NCBI GenBank assembly: GCA_029260115.1
Contig: JAJDDW010000014.1
Span: 10,069-74,068, forward strand
Direction of reading: 5' to 3'
DNA: 64,000 nucleotides
Source of the DNA: Phycisphaerae bacterium
Lineage (GTDB): Bacteria; Planctomycetota; Phycisphaerae; UBA1845
Part shown: piece by piece, positions 50,354 through 59,868 of the stretch
Position numbering within the stretch: position 1 is the stretch's first letter
How the letters are laid out: each line of letters opens with the position of its first letter
Made by a program: the position numbers and the translations under genes
Notes under the pieces: generated by a model
The model's database searches: none
Told to the model about the DNA's origin: nothing
The model's input: only the letters and a program-made list of their open reading frames with translations

Positions 50354-50920
50354 CTAACGGCGCACAACCACCACCGCCACCGCTTTACGCAATCGAACCT
50401 GCATAAGAACTGAAGCCGCGACCATTATCGACAAGGTAAATACCACTAGCCCCCAAGTAGAAACCGTCGGAACGGGAGGCGGCGTCTCTAACTGCCCTGT
50501 CGGTAGCGGAGTGCCAGCGCCAAGGCACGGATCCGTCCCTGTAGGCCCAACCCGACCCGGACTATAACCCACCTCACCGGGCAGATCACTACGGACAGCC
50601 GTGATCTCCATACCATTAGGCGCGCCGTCGCCATCTGAATCTACGCCATCTAGCGAATCAAGCGCCTGCTCTATCGTCATCGTGGCCAGCGCAGCGATGA
50701 TATCTTCCCGGTAGCAGTTACCTAGATCAGATTTAGTAGGCGAATGGTGACATACCCCACAATTCTCGCCAATCGGACTCGCAGTCATCCGCGCTGGCAG
50801 CGTCGACGATGGATACTTTGCTTCAAACGCCGTGAGATACTGCGGAAACGCATTAGCCTGACTACAAAAATATCCTGTCACCACGGCGCAAACTAACACC
50901 TGTGCAGTTAATCTCATCAT
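50354..50920 (-). CDS. Small secreted protein with single CxxCH heme-binding motif, Ca-binding-like DSDGDG, and IPTL-CTERM-type C-terminal sorting signal
   Basis: Signal peptide (MMRLTAQVLVCAVVTGYFCSQANA), ENCGVCHH and DGVDSDGDGAPNG. The C-terminus is PTVSTWGLVVFTLSIMVAASVLMQVRLRK, i.e. P-T-x-S-x-W-G-L, a hydrophobic stretch, then basic residues. Confidence 0.65.
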   Translation of the reverse strand: MMRLTAQVLVCAVVTGYFCSQANAFPQYLTAFEAKYPSSTLPARMTASPIGENCGVCHHSPTKSDLGNCYREDIIAALATMTIEQALDSLDGVDSDGDGAPNGMEITAVRSDLPGEVGYSPGRVGPTGTDPCLGAGTPLPTGQLETPPPVPTVSTWGLVVFTLSIMVAASVLMQVRLRKAVAVVVVRR

Positions 50921-51853
50921 ACTTCTCCCATCCTCTAAAAAAACGCTTCCACTCCTCCAAGAACCATGCCTGCTATCCGACATGAAGTCGATCGTGATGA
51001 AATCCCCCCTCGACGACTACCGGACAAACGCCGGGCTAGCATTTTCGCAAATTTCAGGCCATTTGCCAAGGAAAATCTAAGATACTGCACCCCAAATTCG
51101 ACTAACTGAAGCACAAGTTAAAGCAAGACACTATTATCGGCCAAACTTTTCTTACGCGACGCGAGTTAACCAATTGAGTTAGTGTGCAGAATGCGCGCAC
51201 AAATACATATTTTTCTCGAGTTGGACCTGTTAGTGGCTTGAATTTTCAACAAAAAAAACGCCCGAGAGGCACTGGCCGATCTCCCCCTACGATGTAAATC
51301 CGTAGCAACCAGTCACCTCTCGAAACGTTTCGTTGATGATGGATCAGCCGTCAGTAACCGCCGCCATTCATCCGCAAAACTAACCCCGGCCGAGCAAGGA
51401 GGGGTCGTTCTACCGAACAAATAGCTAGCCATCCACCAACAGACCTCAGCCATCAACGGATACATTCCGCACACCTGAAAATGTCATGCACTTGATAAAT
51501 TATTTTGGATCAAAGCTGAAAAAACGAGCAGTACGGGCAAACTATTGTTCCCGCAGGAAGGAATTGGGCTGGTGGCCCAAGTCCTTCTTTTTGGACCTGG
51601 GAGAGTCGATGACTCGTCAACTATAATTGCCAGGCCAATTTGGGCATATCGGCTGGGTGGCATGCCCAAGCTGAAAGCGCGGGCATGGAATGTGCGTCCT
51701 CAAGCGGACTGATCGCTCCGTTCCCACCCTGACAGAGATCACCGGCGACGTTCTTTATATAGAGACCAGCATCGGGTGGTGGCCAGGAGGGTTGGATTCG
51801 GTGATAATTCCAGTAAGATTTGACGAGGGAAATGGGGTCTCAGCGAGCAGAGA

Positions 51854-52441
51854 ATGAGGAGCAACATGAATCGACGAAGAAATATAGAAAAGCTGGCATG
51901 CATGGTTGCCGTGTTGGCCATCACCACTAGCGCTTCAGCGCAAGTGCCTTGGTTGGAATTCGCGGGTACTAATTGCGATTTAATCAATGCCGCAAATGCC
52001 GAACTTGTCGTGCTAGAGAGTACGCAGAACATGGTCATTGTGAGCGGCCCGGACGTGACCCTCTCCGACCTTGTTGTCACCGGAGCGAGCGACATCTTTC
52101 TTAACAACGGCGTCGAACTGGTTCCCGTCGGGTTCATTAGTTTGGAAGTAGACGGTAGCGGTAACGAAACGCTGTGGTGGGTCTCGCTCACTGGTAACGT
52201 CGTCAACGTCGACGGATTCACCGGCGAGCCGACCGAAACGAATAAGATTCCTACAGACTTTATCGCTGCGCCGTGTGACGCTTGCGATTTTTGGGATGAT
52301 CCCACCGTGTGCGAAATTCCATCCGAGGTCGACCCACCGGCTGTCACTATCCAAGTTTGCGGGTCAAGCGTGACAGTCGGTATGATCGCGTCGATGATTG
52401 GTATGAATATCATGGGATTAGTTAGCCGTCGCCGCTGGTAG
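51854..52441 (+). CDS. Secreted protein with C-terminal hydrophobic anchor ending RRRW
   Basis: Signal peptide (…MVAVLAITTSASAQV), an acidic beta-rich body, and C-terminus TVGMIASMIGMNIMGLVSRRRW. The opposite-strand ORF 51739-52413 is S/T-rich antisense noise. Confidence 0.55.
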   Translation: MRSNMNRRRNIEKLACMVAVLAITTSASAQVPWLEFAGTNCDLINAANAELVVLESTQNMVIVSGPDVTLSDLVVTGASDIFLNNGVELVPVGFISLEVDGSGNETLWWVSLTGNVVNVDGFTGEPTETNKIPTDFIAAPCDACDFWDDPTVCEIPSEVDPPAVTIQVCGSSVTVGMIASMIGMNIMGLVSRRRW

Positions 52442-52539
52442 CCTATGCATAATCAATCTACAATTTTTTCTATCTTCGTAGGTCAGGCTATTGCCTGACA
52501 TTGGCTGGGTAAGGCTATCGAAATTTAATTCAAGGGAGC

Positions 52540-53667
52540 ATGGCCAACGTGAGCAACCGAATTCAAGCACTGTACGACATCGGGCAGTCCATCTGGTGCG
52601 ACAACATCAGCCGAAACATGATCGACGGCGGTGAACTCAAACGCCTGCTAGACATCGGCGTCGTCGGCGTGACATCAAACCCCTCGATTTTCATGAAGGC
52701 CATTACCGGTAGCGCAGATTACGACATGCTCCTGGACAAACTCATTGGCCAAGGCCTGGATACCATGGACCTTTATGAAGGATTGGTCATCCCCGACATT
52801 GGCGATGCGGCTGACATTCTCAAACCAATTTACGAATCAACCGGCGGCGTGGACGGATTCGTCAGCCTCGAAGTCAGCCCTAAGTTAGCCTACGATACCA
52901 AGGGTACTATCGCAGAAGGAAAGCGACTGTTCGCCACTCTCAATCGCCCCAATGTCATGATCAAAGTGCCCGCAACAGCGCAAGGTATGCCAGCGATCGA
53001 AGCGCTCATCGGCGCGGGGATCAATGTAAACGTGACGCTAATTTTTGGCCTAGCGGCATACGAACAGGTCATGCAGGCATACCTCAACGGCCTAAGAAAG
53101 CTCGACGCAGATGGCGGCGACCTCACCGCGGTCACATCGGTGGCCTCATTTTTCGTGAGCCGGTTAGATGTGATGATCGATAAAGCGTTGGACGAGAAAA
53201 AAGCTGGCGGCGCAGTTGTTGACCATCTTTTCGGTCGAGCAGCCATCGCCAACGCCAAGCTTGCTTACGCACGCTTTCAGGAAGTTTTTAGCGCAGACGG
53301 CGCGTTCGGGGCATTAGCCGCGAAAGGCGCTCGCGTGCAACGGCCTTTGTGGGCGAGCACGAGCACGAAAAATCCGGCGTATTGCGATACCATGTATCTT
53401 GACGGATTGGTTGGTCCGCAGAGTGTCAACACGCTGCCACCCGTTACGATTGATGCCACATTAGATCATGGCCAAACTGAGATAGCGATCACGAAAGACC
53501 TGGACAAAGCGCGATCGCAAATGAAGGAATTAGCTGGACTTCAAATCGACGTAACAAAGGCCACCGAAAAACTTCGTGATGACGGCGTGGCCTTGTTCGC
53601 TAAATCATTCGACGAACTGCTCGAAAATTTGCAGCACAAAAAAGCCCAGCTTCGGACAGCGGGATAG
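52540..53667 (+). CDS. tal: Transaldolase (long actinobacterial/mycobacterial type)
   Basis: IWCDNISR…GVTSNPSIF…IKVPAT, the family signature including the Schiff-base Lys. Confidence 0.88.
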   Translation: MANVSNRIQALYDIGQSIWCDNISRNMIDGGELKRLLDIGVVGVTSNPSIFMKAITGSADYDMLLDKLIGQGLDTMDLYEGLVIPDIGDAADILKPIYESTGGVDGFVSLEVSPKLAYDTKGTIAEGKRLFATLNRPNVMIKVPATAQGMPAIEALIGAGINVNVTLIFGLAAYEQVMQAYLNGLRKLDADGGDLTAVTSVASFFVSRLDVMIDKALDEKKAGGAVVDHLFGRAAIANAKLAYARFQEVFSADGAFGALAAKGARVQRPLWASTSTKNPAYCDTMYLDGLVGPQSVNTLPPVTIDATLDHGQTEIAITKDLDKARSQMKELAGLQIDVTKATEKLRDDGVALFAKSFDELLENLQHKKAQLRTAG

Positions 53668-53679
53668 CACGCACGCTAG

Positions 53680-56600
53680 CTAACTTCTAGCGTTAACGGA
53701 TGCGCGTTTGGCTTCTTCGAGCAGTTGTTTAATTTTCGCCTTACGAGCCGCCTGATCAGCACCTATCATGGTGACAGTTTCTACTGGCGCTTGTTTTTCG
53801 GCGAGTAAGTCGTAGCCCTGGTCAGGTGTCAGCTTGGCTTCAGGACCATTGAACGCCGGAATCTGTCGCGCCGCGTGTGTCACACCATGAATAGGATGCG
53901 TTTGGCTGATCGGCGGCACGCTTTGCAAGGTATGCTCAAGACGCTGCTGAGCGCGATTGGTTTCCTGTACCCATTCGCTTAGCGTCTGCGACGATCGAGA
54001 CGATTCATGGCGCACTTGTTCGATGGCCTGCTTGGCAGTGCTTTGAAGACTTCCCAGACCAGACTTCGTGATTGATTGGATTCTCTCAGACACCTGTATG
54101 GTCGTGTTTTTTAGCTTTGCCATGTCAGTCTGAGCTTCAGTTCTGGACTCGTTGAATTGTTTGATTTGTTCCTGAGCGTCCAGGCTAGATTTCGATAACG
54201 CGGAGAACACTTTGCGGACGGCTGTACATACTTGTTCCAGTTGGGCAGCGTGTTCTTTTGCGCCAGCTACGATTTCGCCAGGCTGGGCTAACGCCTCTGC
54301 GACGTTGGCTTGTAACTGGGCAGACTTCCTCGTGGCTACGCGTAGCTGCTTTTCGATGTCGATCGTTTGCTTGGTAAACTCGTTTATCATTTGCATACCA
54401 GCATCTGTCGTGTCAGCCATGGCTGATAGGTGCTGTTGAAGTTCCTGGGTTGAGGTTGTCGTTTCGAGCTGCAACTGTTCGTGTGTTTCGATTATACAAC
54501 CAGCCGACTTGATGAGCGTGTCCAAGCTTGTGATCTGCTGGTTGGCTGTCCCTGATATCGTAGTGAGGTTTTCGTAAGTTTCTTTAGCGTCAACCAATTC
54601 CTCTCGCGTAGATTTGGCGACGGCCTGCGCTTTGCTAAGCACCTTGGCAATGGTGTTTACCTGATCCGTTAATTTTTCGTAGGCTTCGCTGCGCAGTGCG
54701 ACATCATCTACATGCTGACCGATTTGGTCATCGAAGTCTTTTATATTCTCAGCGGTTGTCGTCTGTTGAACATCTTTGGGTTGGGGCGTTACTATTTGAG
54801 CCTGAGCGTAAGTATCCGACACCATCTTGGACGTTGCTTCGGCCTTTGCGGAGAGGTCCCAAACGTCCTGAATCATGCGATCAATTTTCGCGGTCGTCTC
54901 TTCGGCTAGCTGCTGAGCATTGGCGGAGGCTTTTTCAACCTGCTGCATGACGGACTGCCCGTCTACATTGACTTGTGTCAATTTCTTGAGCAGGCTCGAA
55001 GCTGCGGCGTGATGCGATTGCAATCTACCCGCTTTTTCATCGGCCGCGGCTATGGCAGGTTGTAATAGTTCAACGGCTTTGTCAGCCTTGTTTACTAATC
55101 GCTGAAGGCTATCGGTTTGCCCATCGCGTTCACTGAGCATGTGCCCAAGCTTGGTAGACATTTTTTCAACGTGTAATATTTTTTCGTCAGCCGTGGCTAT
55201 GGCAGGCTGTAGCAATCCAACTGTTTTATCCGCTTTGTTGATGAGACTCTGAATGCTTTCACGATGTCCATTTTGACCGCAAAGCATATGCTCAATATTG
55301 GTAGATACTTTTTCTGCGTGCGAGGCTTTTTCGCTTAATGAATTCAATCGTTCGCATGCGCCACCAACTTCCAATAAAGAATTAGAGATGCTTCTTTGCA
55401 AAGATTCAACGCGTCCACAGGCGTTATTAACATCGGTTGTCATGGCTCGCCCACTGTCCACTGCCGAGGATAATCTGGCGAGGGTTTCTTGTGGTTGGCG
55501 CTGTAATTCGACAACTGTAGACTGCAAATCTTGGACCATAGCCTTGGTCGCGTTTGCTCGTGAACAGAGATCTTCAATTTGTGCGTCCAACTCAACCTGT
55601 TGTCCAACCAGCGAATTATGCTTCTTTTCTTGGTCAACATGCTGTAGTGTTAGCTGCGCCAATTGTTTTTTTGTCGTATGCATCACAATCGTCGCATTGT
55701 CCTGCAACTTACTTACTTCTTGTCTTGTTTGTGCCGCCTTGACTTCAATCGTCTCAACAAACTCTTTCGAGACGGTGTCTACGTTATGCCGGAAGGCTTC
55801 TTCTTTGATTACCGTGATTTTTTCTACGTCTCGGGTAGCGTCAGCGCGCGTCTTGGCCCATGCGCCTTGCATGGCTGCTACAAACTCGCTGGTCATTTGC
55901 TTCGTCGCTTCTCGCTGCTCGTCGAGCGCATCTTTGGTAAGTTTCGAGAGGCTAGATTTGAATCCTACGATCGATTCGTTCACTACTTCGCTAAGCGTCT
56001 TGGCTAGCTGGTTTTTTTCTTTTTCGATCACCATGGCGTATTGACGCTGCGCATCTTCGCTCACGTGGCTAATCTGCTGGGAGGCGAGTTCTGCGGCATC
56101 ATGGCTGGCGCGATGGCTCTCTTTCAATTCCTTACGCGCTTGTTCTAAACGGCCTTGGATGGCTTGCGAAGCTTGACGCTGTGCATCTTCGCTCACATGG
56201 CTAATCTGCTTACGCACGAGTTCTGCGGCGTCATGGCTAGCACGCTGGCTTTCTTTTAACTCCTTGCGCACTTGATCCAAACCTTCTTGAATGGCTTGCG
56301 ATGTTTGCTGAGATTGTTCGATTATATCTGTGGCTTGTTGAGCGGTGTTGTGGATGTTTTCGCGGCAAGCATCGGCGTCGGTCATGGCTGTCATGAGTAG
56401 GGAGATGCGTTGTTGCACAGAATCGGCTCGTTCGACGAGGGTTTCGGCGAAAGCGGACAGTTGGGCCTCGACTTTTACGGCTCGATCGCAGGTATTTTCG
56501 ATGCGATGCAGCTGGGGCTGAACTTCGTTCGCAGCGCCACCGATGCGCATGGATTCATTTTCGAGTTCGCCCAGTTGATCTTGAACCTCAACCACGATCG

Positions 56601-57696
56601 ATTTTGCACGGTGTTCTAGCTTCGTCGTCGTTTGTTCGGCATGGCGCAGTGTTTGTTCCAGCTTGGTGATAAGCGTTCGCGCCCGCTCTGACATATTTGT
56701 AGCGTCGTCGCCTTGGTCGTTTGATGCTGCGACATTGATGTCGTCACCCTTCATAGCTTGGATAGTTGAATCGACGCGTGAGACTAGTTTCGACATCAGC
56801 GCATCCTCCTGAACGGCACAAACAATGGACTTACTCGGTTGAGATTTCTGGCTTTGATTGGCTGACATTTCGCGTACGAGTTCTGCGGTGACAGACGACT
56901 GACCTGCGCTATAGGCAGCGACCATGCTGGCATCCGCGAGCCGGTTAATAAGTCGAGGTATGCCGTGGGTTATTATATGAACTACAGCAATCGCAGCGGG
57001 ATCGAAAATTTCTTTGTCACCCGCCCCGGCTATGCGCAGACGATGTGCGATGTATTCCTGAGTCTGCGCGGAGGTAAATTTGTGTAATCTAAGCTCGGAA
57101 GCAAGCTGCTGACGCAGTCGATCGAATCGCGGTTGACCTAGCATATCAATCGTTCGTGGCTGACCGACGAGCAGCATGGTTAATAGGCGATTGTCATCTC
57201 GACCTAAATCGATGAGTGATTCTAATGTAGACATTGCCTCGATGGAGAGATTTTCGGCTTGGTCTACAATGAGAACGGGGAGCCTATCTTGACGGCGCGC
57301 GTCTTCGAGTCGACGGCGCAGCCTAGCTAGTCCTCGCTTGGCGTTATATTGCGTTGGCAACGTGACACCAAAACCCTTGCAGGTTTCACGTATGATATCC
57401 ATTTGTCCATCTACCGGGCATTTCACGACGATGGCCGGGTCTTGTGGGTCTAGCTTGGTGAGTAGCGATCTTATCAGGAGCGTTTTACCGGTCCCCGATT
57501 CTCCCACGACAAAACCCAGGCCTTGACGGTAGCGAAGCTCACATTCCATAGACGCGAGCACTTCTTCTATGTCAGGATTGGTGAAAAGGAACTCTAGCTG
57601 AATCCGATCTTCAAACGGCATACAGCGTAGCCCAAAGAATTTTTCATACATGTTTATCGTCTCCGCGCTTACGGACTGATCCCTGTCATGATGCAC
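53680..57696 (-). CDS. Giant cytoplasmic protein: N-terminal ExeA/GspA-like AAA ATPase (AAA_22) + ~1000-aa coiled coil with internal repeats
   Basis: N-terminal ~290 aa: FGLRCMPFE…GFVVGESGTGKTLLIRSL (Walker A), LPVLIVDQAENL (Walker B), QEYIAHRL. The remainder is heptad-rich Q/A/E/K sequence carrying two in-frame tandem duplications. Confidence 0.8.
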   Translation of the reverse strand: MHHDRDQSVSAETINMYEKFFGLRCMPFEDRIQLEFLFTNPDIEEVLASMECELRYRQGLGFVVGESGTGKTLLIRSLLTKLDPQDPAIVVKCPVDGQMDIIRETCKGFGVTLPTQYNAKRGLARLRRRLEDARRQDRLPVLIVDQAENLSIEAMSTLESLIDLGRDDNRLLTMLLVGQPRTIDMLGQPRFDRLRQQLASELRLHKFTSAQTQEYIAHRLRIAGAGDKEIFDPAAIAVVHIITHGIPRLINRLADASMVAAYSAGQSSVTAELVREMSANQSQKSQPSKSIVCAVQEDALMSKLVSRVDSTIQAMKGDDINVAASNDQGDDATNMSERARTLITKLEQTLRHAEQTTTKLEHRAKSIVVEVQDQLGELENESMRIGGAANEVQPQLHRIENTCDRAVKVEAQLSAFAETLVERADSVQQRISLLMTAMTDADACRENIHNTAQQATDIIEQSQQTSQAIQEGLDQVRKELKESQRASHDAAELVRKQISHVSEDAQRQASQAIQGRLEQARKELKESHRASHDAAELASQQISHVSEDAQRQYAMVIEKEKNQLAKTLSEVVNESIVGFKSSLSKLTKDALDEQREATKQMTSEFVAAMQGAWAKTRADATRDVEKITVIKEEAFRHNVDTVSKEFVETIEVKAAQTRQEVSKLQDNATIVMHTTKKQLAQLTLQHVDQEKKHNSLVGQQVELDAQIEDLCSRANATKAMVQDLQSTVVELQRQPQETLARLSSAVDSGRAMTTDVNNACGRVESLQRSISNSLLEVGGACERLNSLSEKASHAEKVSTNIEHMLCGQNGHRESIQSLINKADKTVGLLQPAIATADEKILHVEKMSTKLGHMLSERDGQTDSLQRLVNKADKAVELLQPAIAAADEKAGRLQSHHAAASSLLKKLTQVNVDGQSVMQQVEKASANAQQLAEETTAKIDRMIQDVWDLSAKAEATSKMVSDTYAQAQIVTPQPKDVQQTTTAENIKDFDDQIGQHVDDVALRSEAYEKLTDQVNTIAKVLSKAQAVAKSTREELVDAKETYENLTTISGTANQQITSLDTLIKSAGCIIETHEQLQLETTTSTQELQQHLSAMADTTDAGMQMINEFTKQTIDIEKQLRVATRKSAQLQANVAEALAQPGEIVAGAKEHAAQLEQVCTAVRKVFSALSKSSLDAQEQIKQFNESRTEAQTDMAKLKNTTIQVSERIQSITKSGLGSLQSTAKQAIEQVRHESSRSSQTLSEWVQETNRAQQRLEHTLQSVPPISQTHPIHGVTHAARQIPAFNGPEAKLTPDQGYDLLAEKQAPVETVTMIGADQAARKAKIKQLLEEAKRASVNARS
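55035..55330 (-). repeat. In-frame tandem duplication (~147 bp x2) inside the giant coiled-coil gene
   Basis: DNA repeat catcggccgcggctatggcaggttgtaatag… versus cgtcagccgtggctatggcaggctgtagcaatcc…. Protein repeat …NKADKTVGLLQPAIATADEK… versus …NKADKAVELLQPAIAAADEK…. Confidence 0.75.
56040..56305 (-). repeat. In-frame tandem duplication (132 bp x2) inside the giant coiled-coil gene
   Basis: ttgacgctgcgcatcttcgctcacgtggctaatctgctg… recurs 132 bp later as ttgacgctgtgcatcttcgctcacatggctaatctgct…. Protein repeat SQAIQEGLDQVRKELKESQRASHDAAELVRKQISHVSEDAQRQ versus SQAIQGRLEQARKELKESHRASHDAAELASQQISHVSEDAQRQ. Confidence 0.85.
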
Positions 57697-57889
57697 CTAT
57701 CACAGCTTGCAAGCTGAACTTGGTGCGCGCAACGTAGACGTTTTCCATCTACGTCCTAAATAAACATCGGATGACGAAAGGTAGGCCTGAAGTTATCGGA
57801 TCATTTGAATGAGGCAGTCATTGCAAGGGCCGTGAGAAGCAGTCTGATCATACTGAAAACGTGGGTTTGATCGGTGATCCTGGCGCGTA

Positions 57890-59830
57890 TTACGCTTTTT
57901 CGTCTAGGTGTGGTTCATGCCCGTTATTATCTGGGTCTTGGTTTGCATCATCTTCTACCGCCGTGTCCTTGGGCATGACCACGACAGTTCGTGCGAGAAG
58001 GTCGCCGAGCCTTTGCCGGCTGGGCGTCACCATAACGAGGAGGGCAACAGGCGGGAAATAAAACTCGATGGGCCTAACTAAGTTTCGGATGAGGATGACT
58101 AAGAAACTGCCAGGCTCGCCCATATCGGAGACTACGGATAGGCCTACGATTCGCTTGCCAGGTGTCGCGGCATTGATAGATTCAAAAATGAAGCAATATA
58201 GGCCAAAGATCGCCCCGATGATCGCCCTAAGCCAAAACAGTAATTCGTTGGGTGATATGGACTCTCCGGTTGCGAGCCGTTCAAAAACTGATCGCCCGGC
58301 TCTTGCTGCGAATAGTTGTTGATACATTAGCGTCCCCCAAATCGGAAACAGTATCGACATATCAATCAAAAAAGCGGCTAAGCGATGGGAAAACGGGGCT
58401 AGCTGCTGGTTTTTCTTAATGGATGCCACGAGCGTGACGCTTTCGCGGCGGCGCAAAAACACGACGGTGAGGATGCCACCCAATATCCCGTACTGGATTA
58501 AGATGCGTACGCGAGATTCGGGGCCGGTTAGTCTGGAAGATTGAAGTGATTGAACCGTTTTCATTGGCCCTACAGGTCGGCCTGAATCTAATGACCAGCG
58601 ACCTACGCTAACGACATGTTCGGCGTCTTGCGTGGCTACGGCAATGTCTGATGCAAAAAAAGATACCGCGACGGGACGCGCGAAATGTCGCACCCGTCCT
58701 TCACTATCTGCTAACACCTTAGATAAGGACCATGCGCCATCTTGAAGGCGATGTATCGAAATATCTACAGCGTTATTTTTTTCCAGACTCGCTACTACAA
58801 CGGGAGACGTATGAGCCAACGACAAAATCGCGCACTCCAAGGGAGCGTCAAAGGAAATAGTCGTTGGCTCAGACCAGGCTGCGGATTTTTTTTTAGATTC
58901 TTTATGACGAAACGTGTTGGGTGCGGACGGGTCTTCGTAGACTAGATGTACCGCCCCACCATACCCGGCTATGGCTGATACAATCGTCCCGAGCGAAAGG
59001 TCTTGGGGCGCGTTACGATCCACATACCACTGCCCGTCTTCGTAACGAATGATGGCACAATCCGTAGTAATTTCTGGCGGCGAAGTGGTTTTTTCTCGCG
59101 GATTTTTTTCTCCGAAATTATAGTCAATGGCTTCGATTTCATCTATGGCTTTGGCTTCAAGCGCTACCTTTAGAATGTCCAAAGCTTGCCGGGCTGTCAC
59201 GACGGCGTAGATAACAGATCGCTCGTGGTCCGAGCCAATGGCAAGGGGCACTACGTTTCCGGGGATGTTACGCTCGGCTGCGCGTAATGGTTTAGCCGTG
59301 GGCAATCTCGAAAAAACCTGGGCATTATACCGCCAATGTGTGCCGTCCCGATAGGTTGCGTACAGGGCAGTCCCGCGTAACGCGGCCTTGGCGATTGCGC
59401 CTCTTAGGCCTTGGATGTGTGGTCGGAAATAACCACCACTTTCTATATCTCTCAGTAGCCAAAACGAAAAATGTAGATGTAAAGCGCCAGCCTGGTCAGG
59501 CCTACGCTGGAATACCCAAAGGACTTCATCGTTGCCGAAGAGTCCTAGCGGATGGACTTCGGCGGCTTTGGCTGACGGCGCGGGAATTGCGATTAGTAAA
59601 AGTAAAAGCGTGATGGTTACAATGCGCGAGATTGAAAAACCGTTTCGCTTTTCAAGTCGTGATTGAGGGTCGTAACATCCAGTATTCTGAATGCGGTTTT
59701 CATCGGCTGAGCTCCTCAACGAATCTGCGGACCTCAGTGGTTGATGCGAATATAGCTTTCCAAGACCGCGCGGGTTGAAACCCGCATCTCGTAATGCGGG
59801 ATTGGCTTTTACTGTTATGTTGCCTGCCAT
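57890..59830 (-). CDS. Membrane protein with ~420-aa periplasmic domain and C-terminal RDD-family domain
   Basis: Signal/TM segment (IVTITLLLLLIAIPAPSAKA), a large extracytoplasmic domain, a second TM helix, then an RDD-like C-terminus (FSHRLAAFLIDMSILF…RQRLGDLLARTVVV). The Met at 59830 is chosen to avoid a 112-nt overlap with the upstream gene. Confidence 0.65.
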   Translation of the reverse strand: MAGNITVKANPALRDAGFNPRGLGKLYSHQPLRSADSLRSSADENRIQNTGCYDPQSRLEKRNGFSISRIVTITLLLLLIAIPAPSAKAAEVHPLGLFGNDEVLWVFQRRPDQAGALHLHFSFWLLRDIESGGYFRPHIQGLRGAIAKAALRGTALYATYRDGTHWRYNAQVFSRLPTAKPLRAAERNIPGNVVPLAIGSDHERSVIYAVVTARQALDILKVALEAKAIDEIEAIDYNFGEKNPREKTTSPPEITTDCAIIRYEDGQWYVDRNAPQDLSLGTIVSAIAGYGGAVHLVYEDPSAPNTFRHKESKKKSAAWSEPTTISFDAPLECAILSLAHTSPVVVASLEKNNAVDISIHRLQDGAWSLSKVLADSEGRVRHFARPVAVSFFASDIAVATQDAEHVVSVGRWSLDSGRPVGPMKTVQSLQSSRLTGPESRVRILIQYGILGGILTVVFLRRRESVTLVASIKKNQQLAPFSHRLAAFLIDMSILFPIWGTLMYQQLFAARAGRSVFERLATGESISPNELLFWLRAIIGAIFGLYCFIFESINAATPGKRIVGLSVVSDMGEPGSFLVILIRNLVRPIEFYFPPVALLVMVTPSRQRLGDLLARTVVVMPKDTAVEDDANQDPDNNGHEPHLDEKA

Positions 59831-59868
59831 AGTGCTGAGGCGACCTTTCTGGCTACTCGGTTCGCGAT

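Noticed and set aside
51739-52413. 224-aa minus-strand ORF
   Set aside because: S/T/P-rich low-complexity translation with no start context. It is antisense to a well-formed secreted-protein ORF on the plus strand.
53665-53683. Possible shared terminator between convergent tal and the giant gene
   Set aside because: Only 12 bp separate the two stop codons. The short gctagc…tagc inverted repeat is too weak and lacks a T-tract.
55298-56044. 248-aa plus-strand ORF inside the giant coiled-coil gene
   Set aside because: Antisense to the long minus-strand ORF. Its Cys/Ser-rich low-complexity translation is typical of the reverse frame of Ala/Glu/Gln-rich coiled coils.
55035-56305. Tandem repeats as a possible CRISPR array or satellite
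   Set aside because: Only two copies each, units of 132 and 147 bp, no spacer/repeat alternation. They lie inside a long ORF and preserve the reading frame. They are coding duplications.
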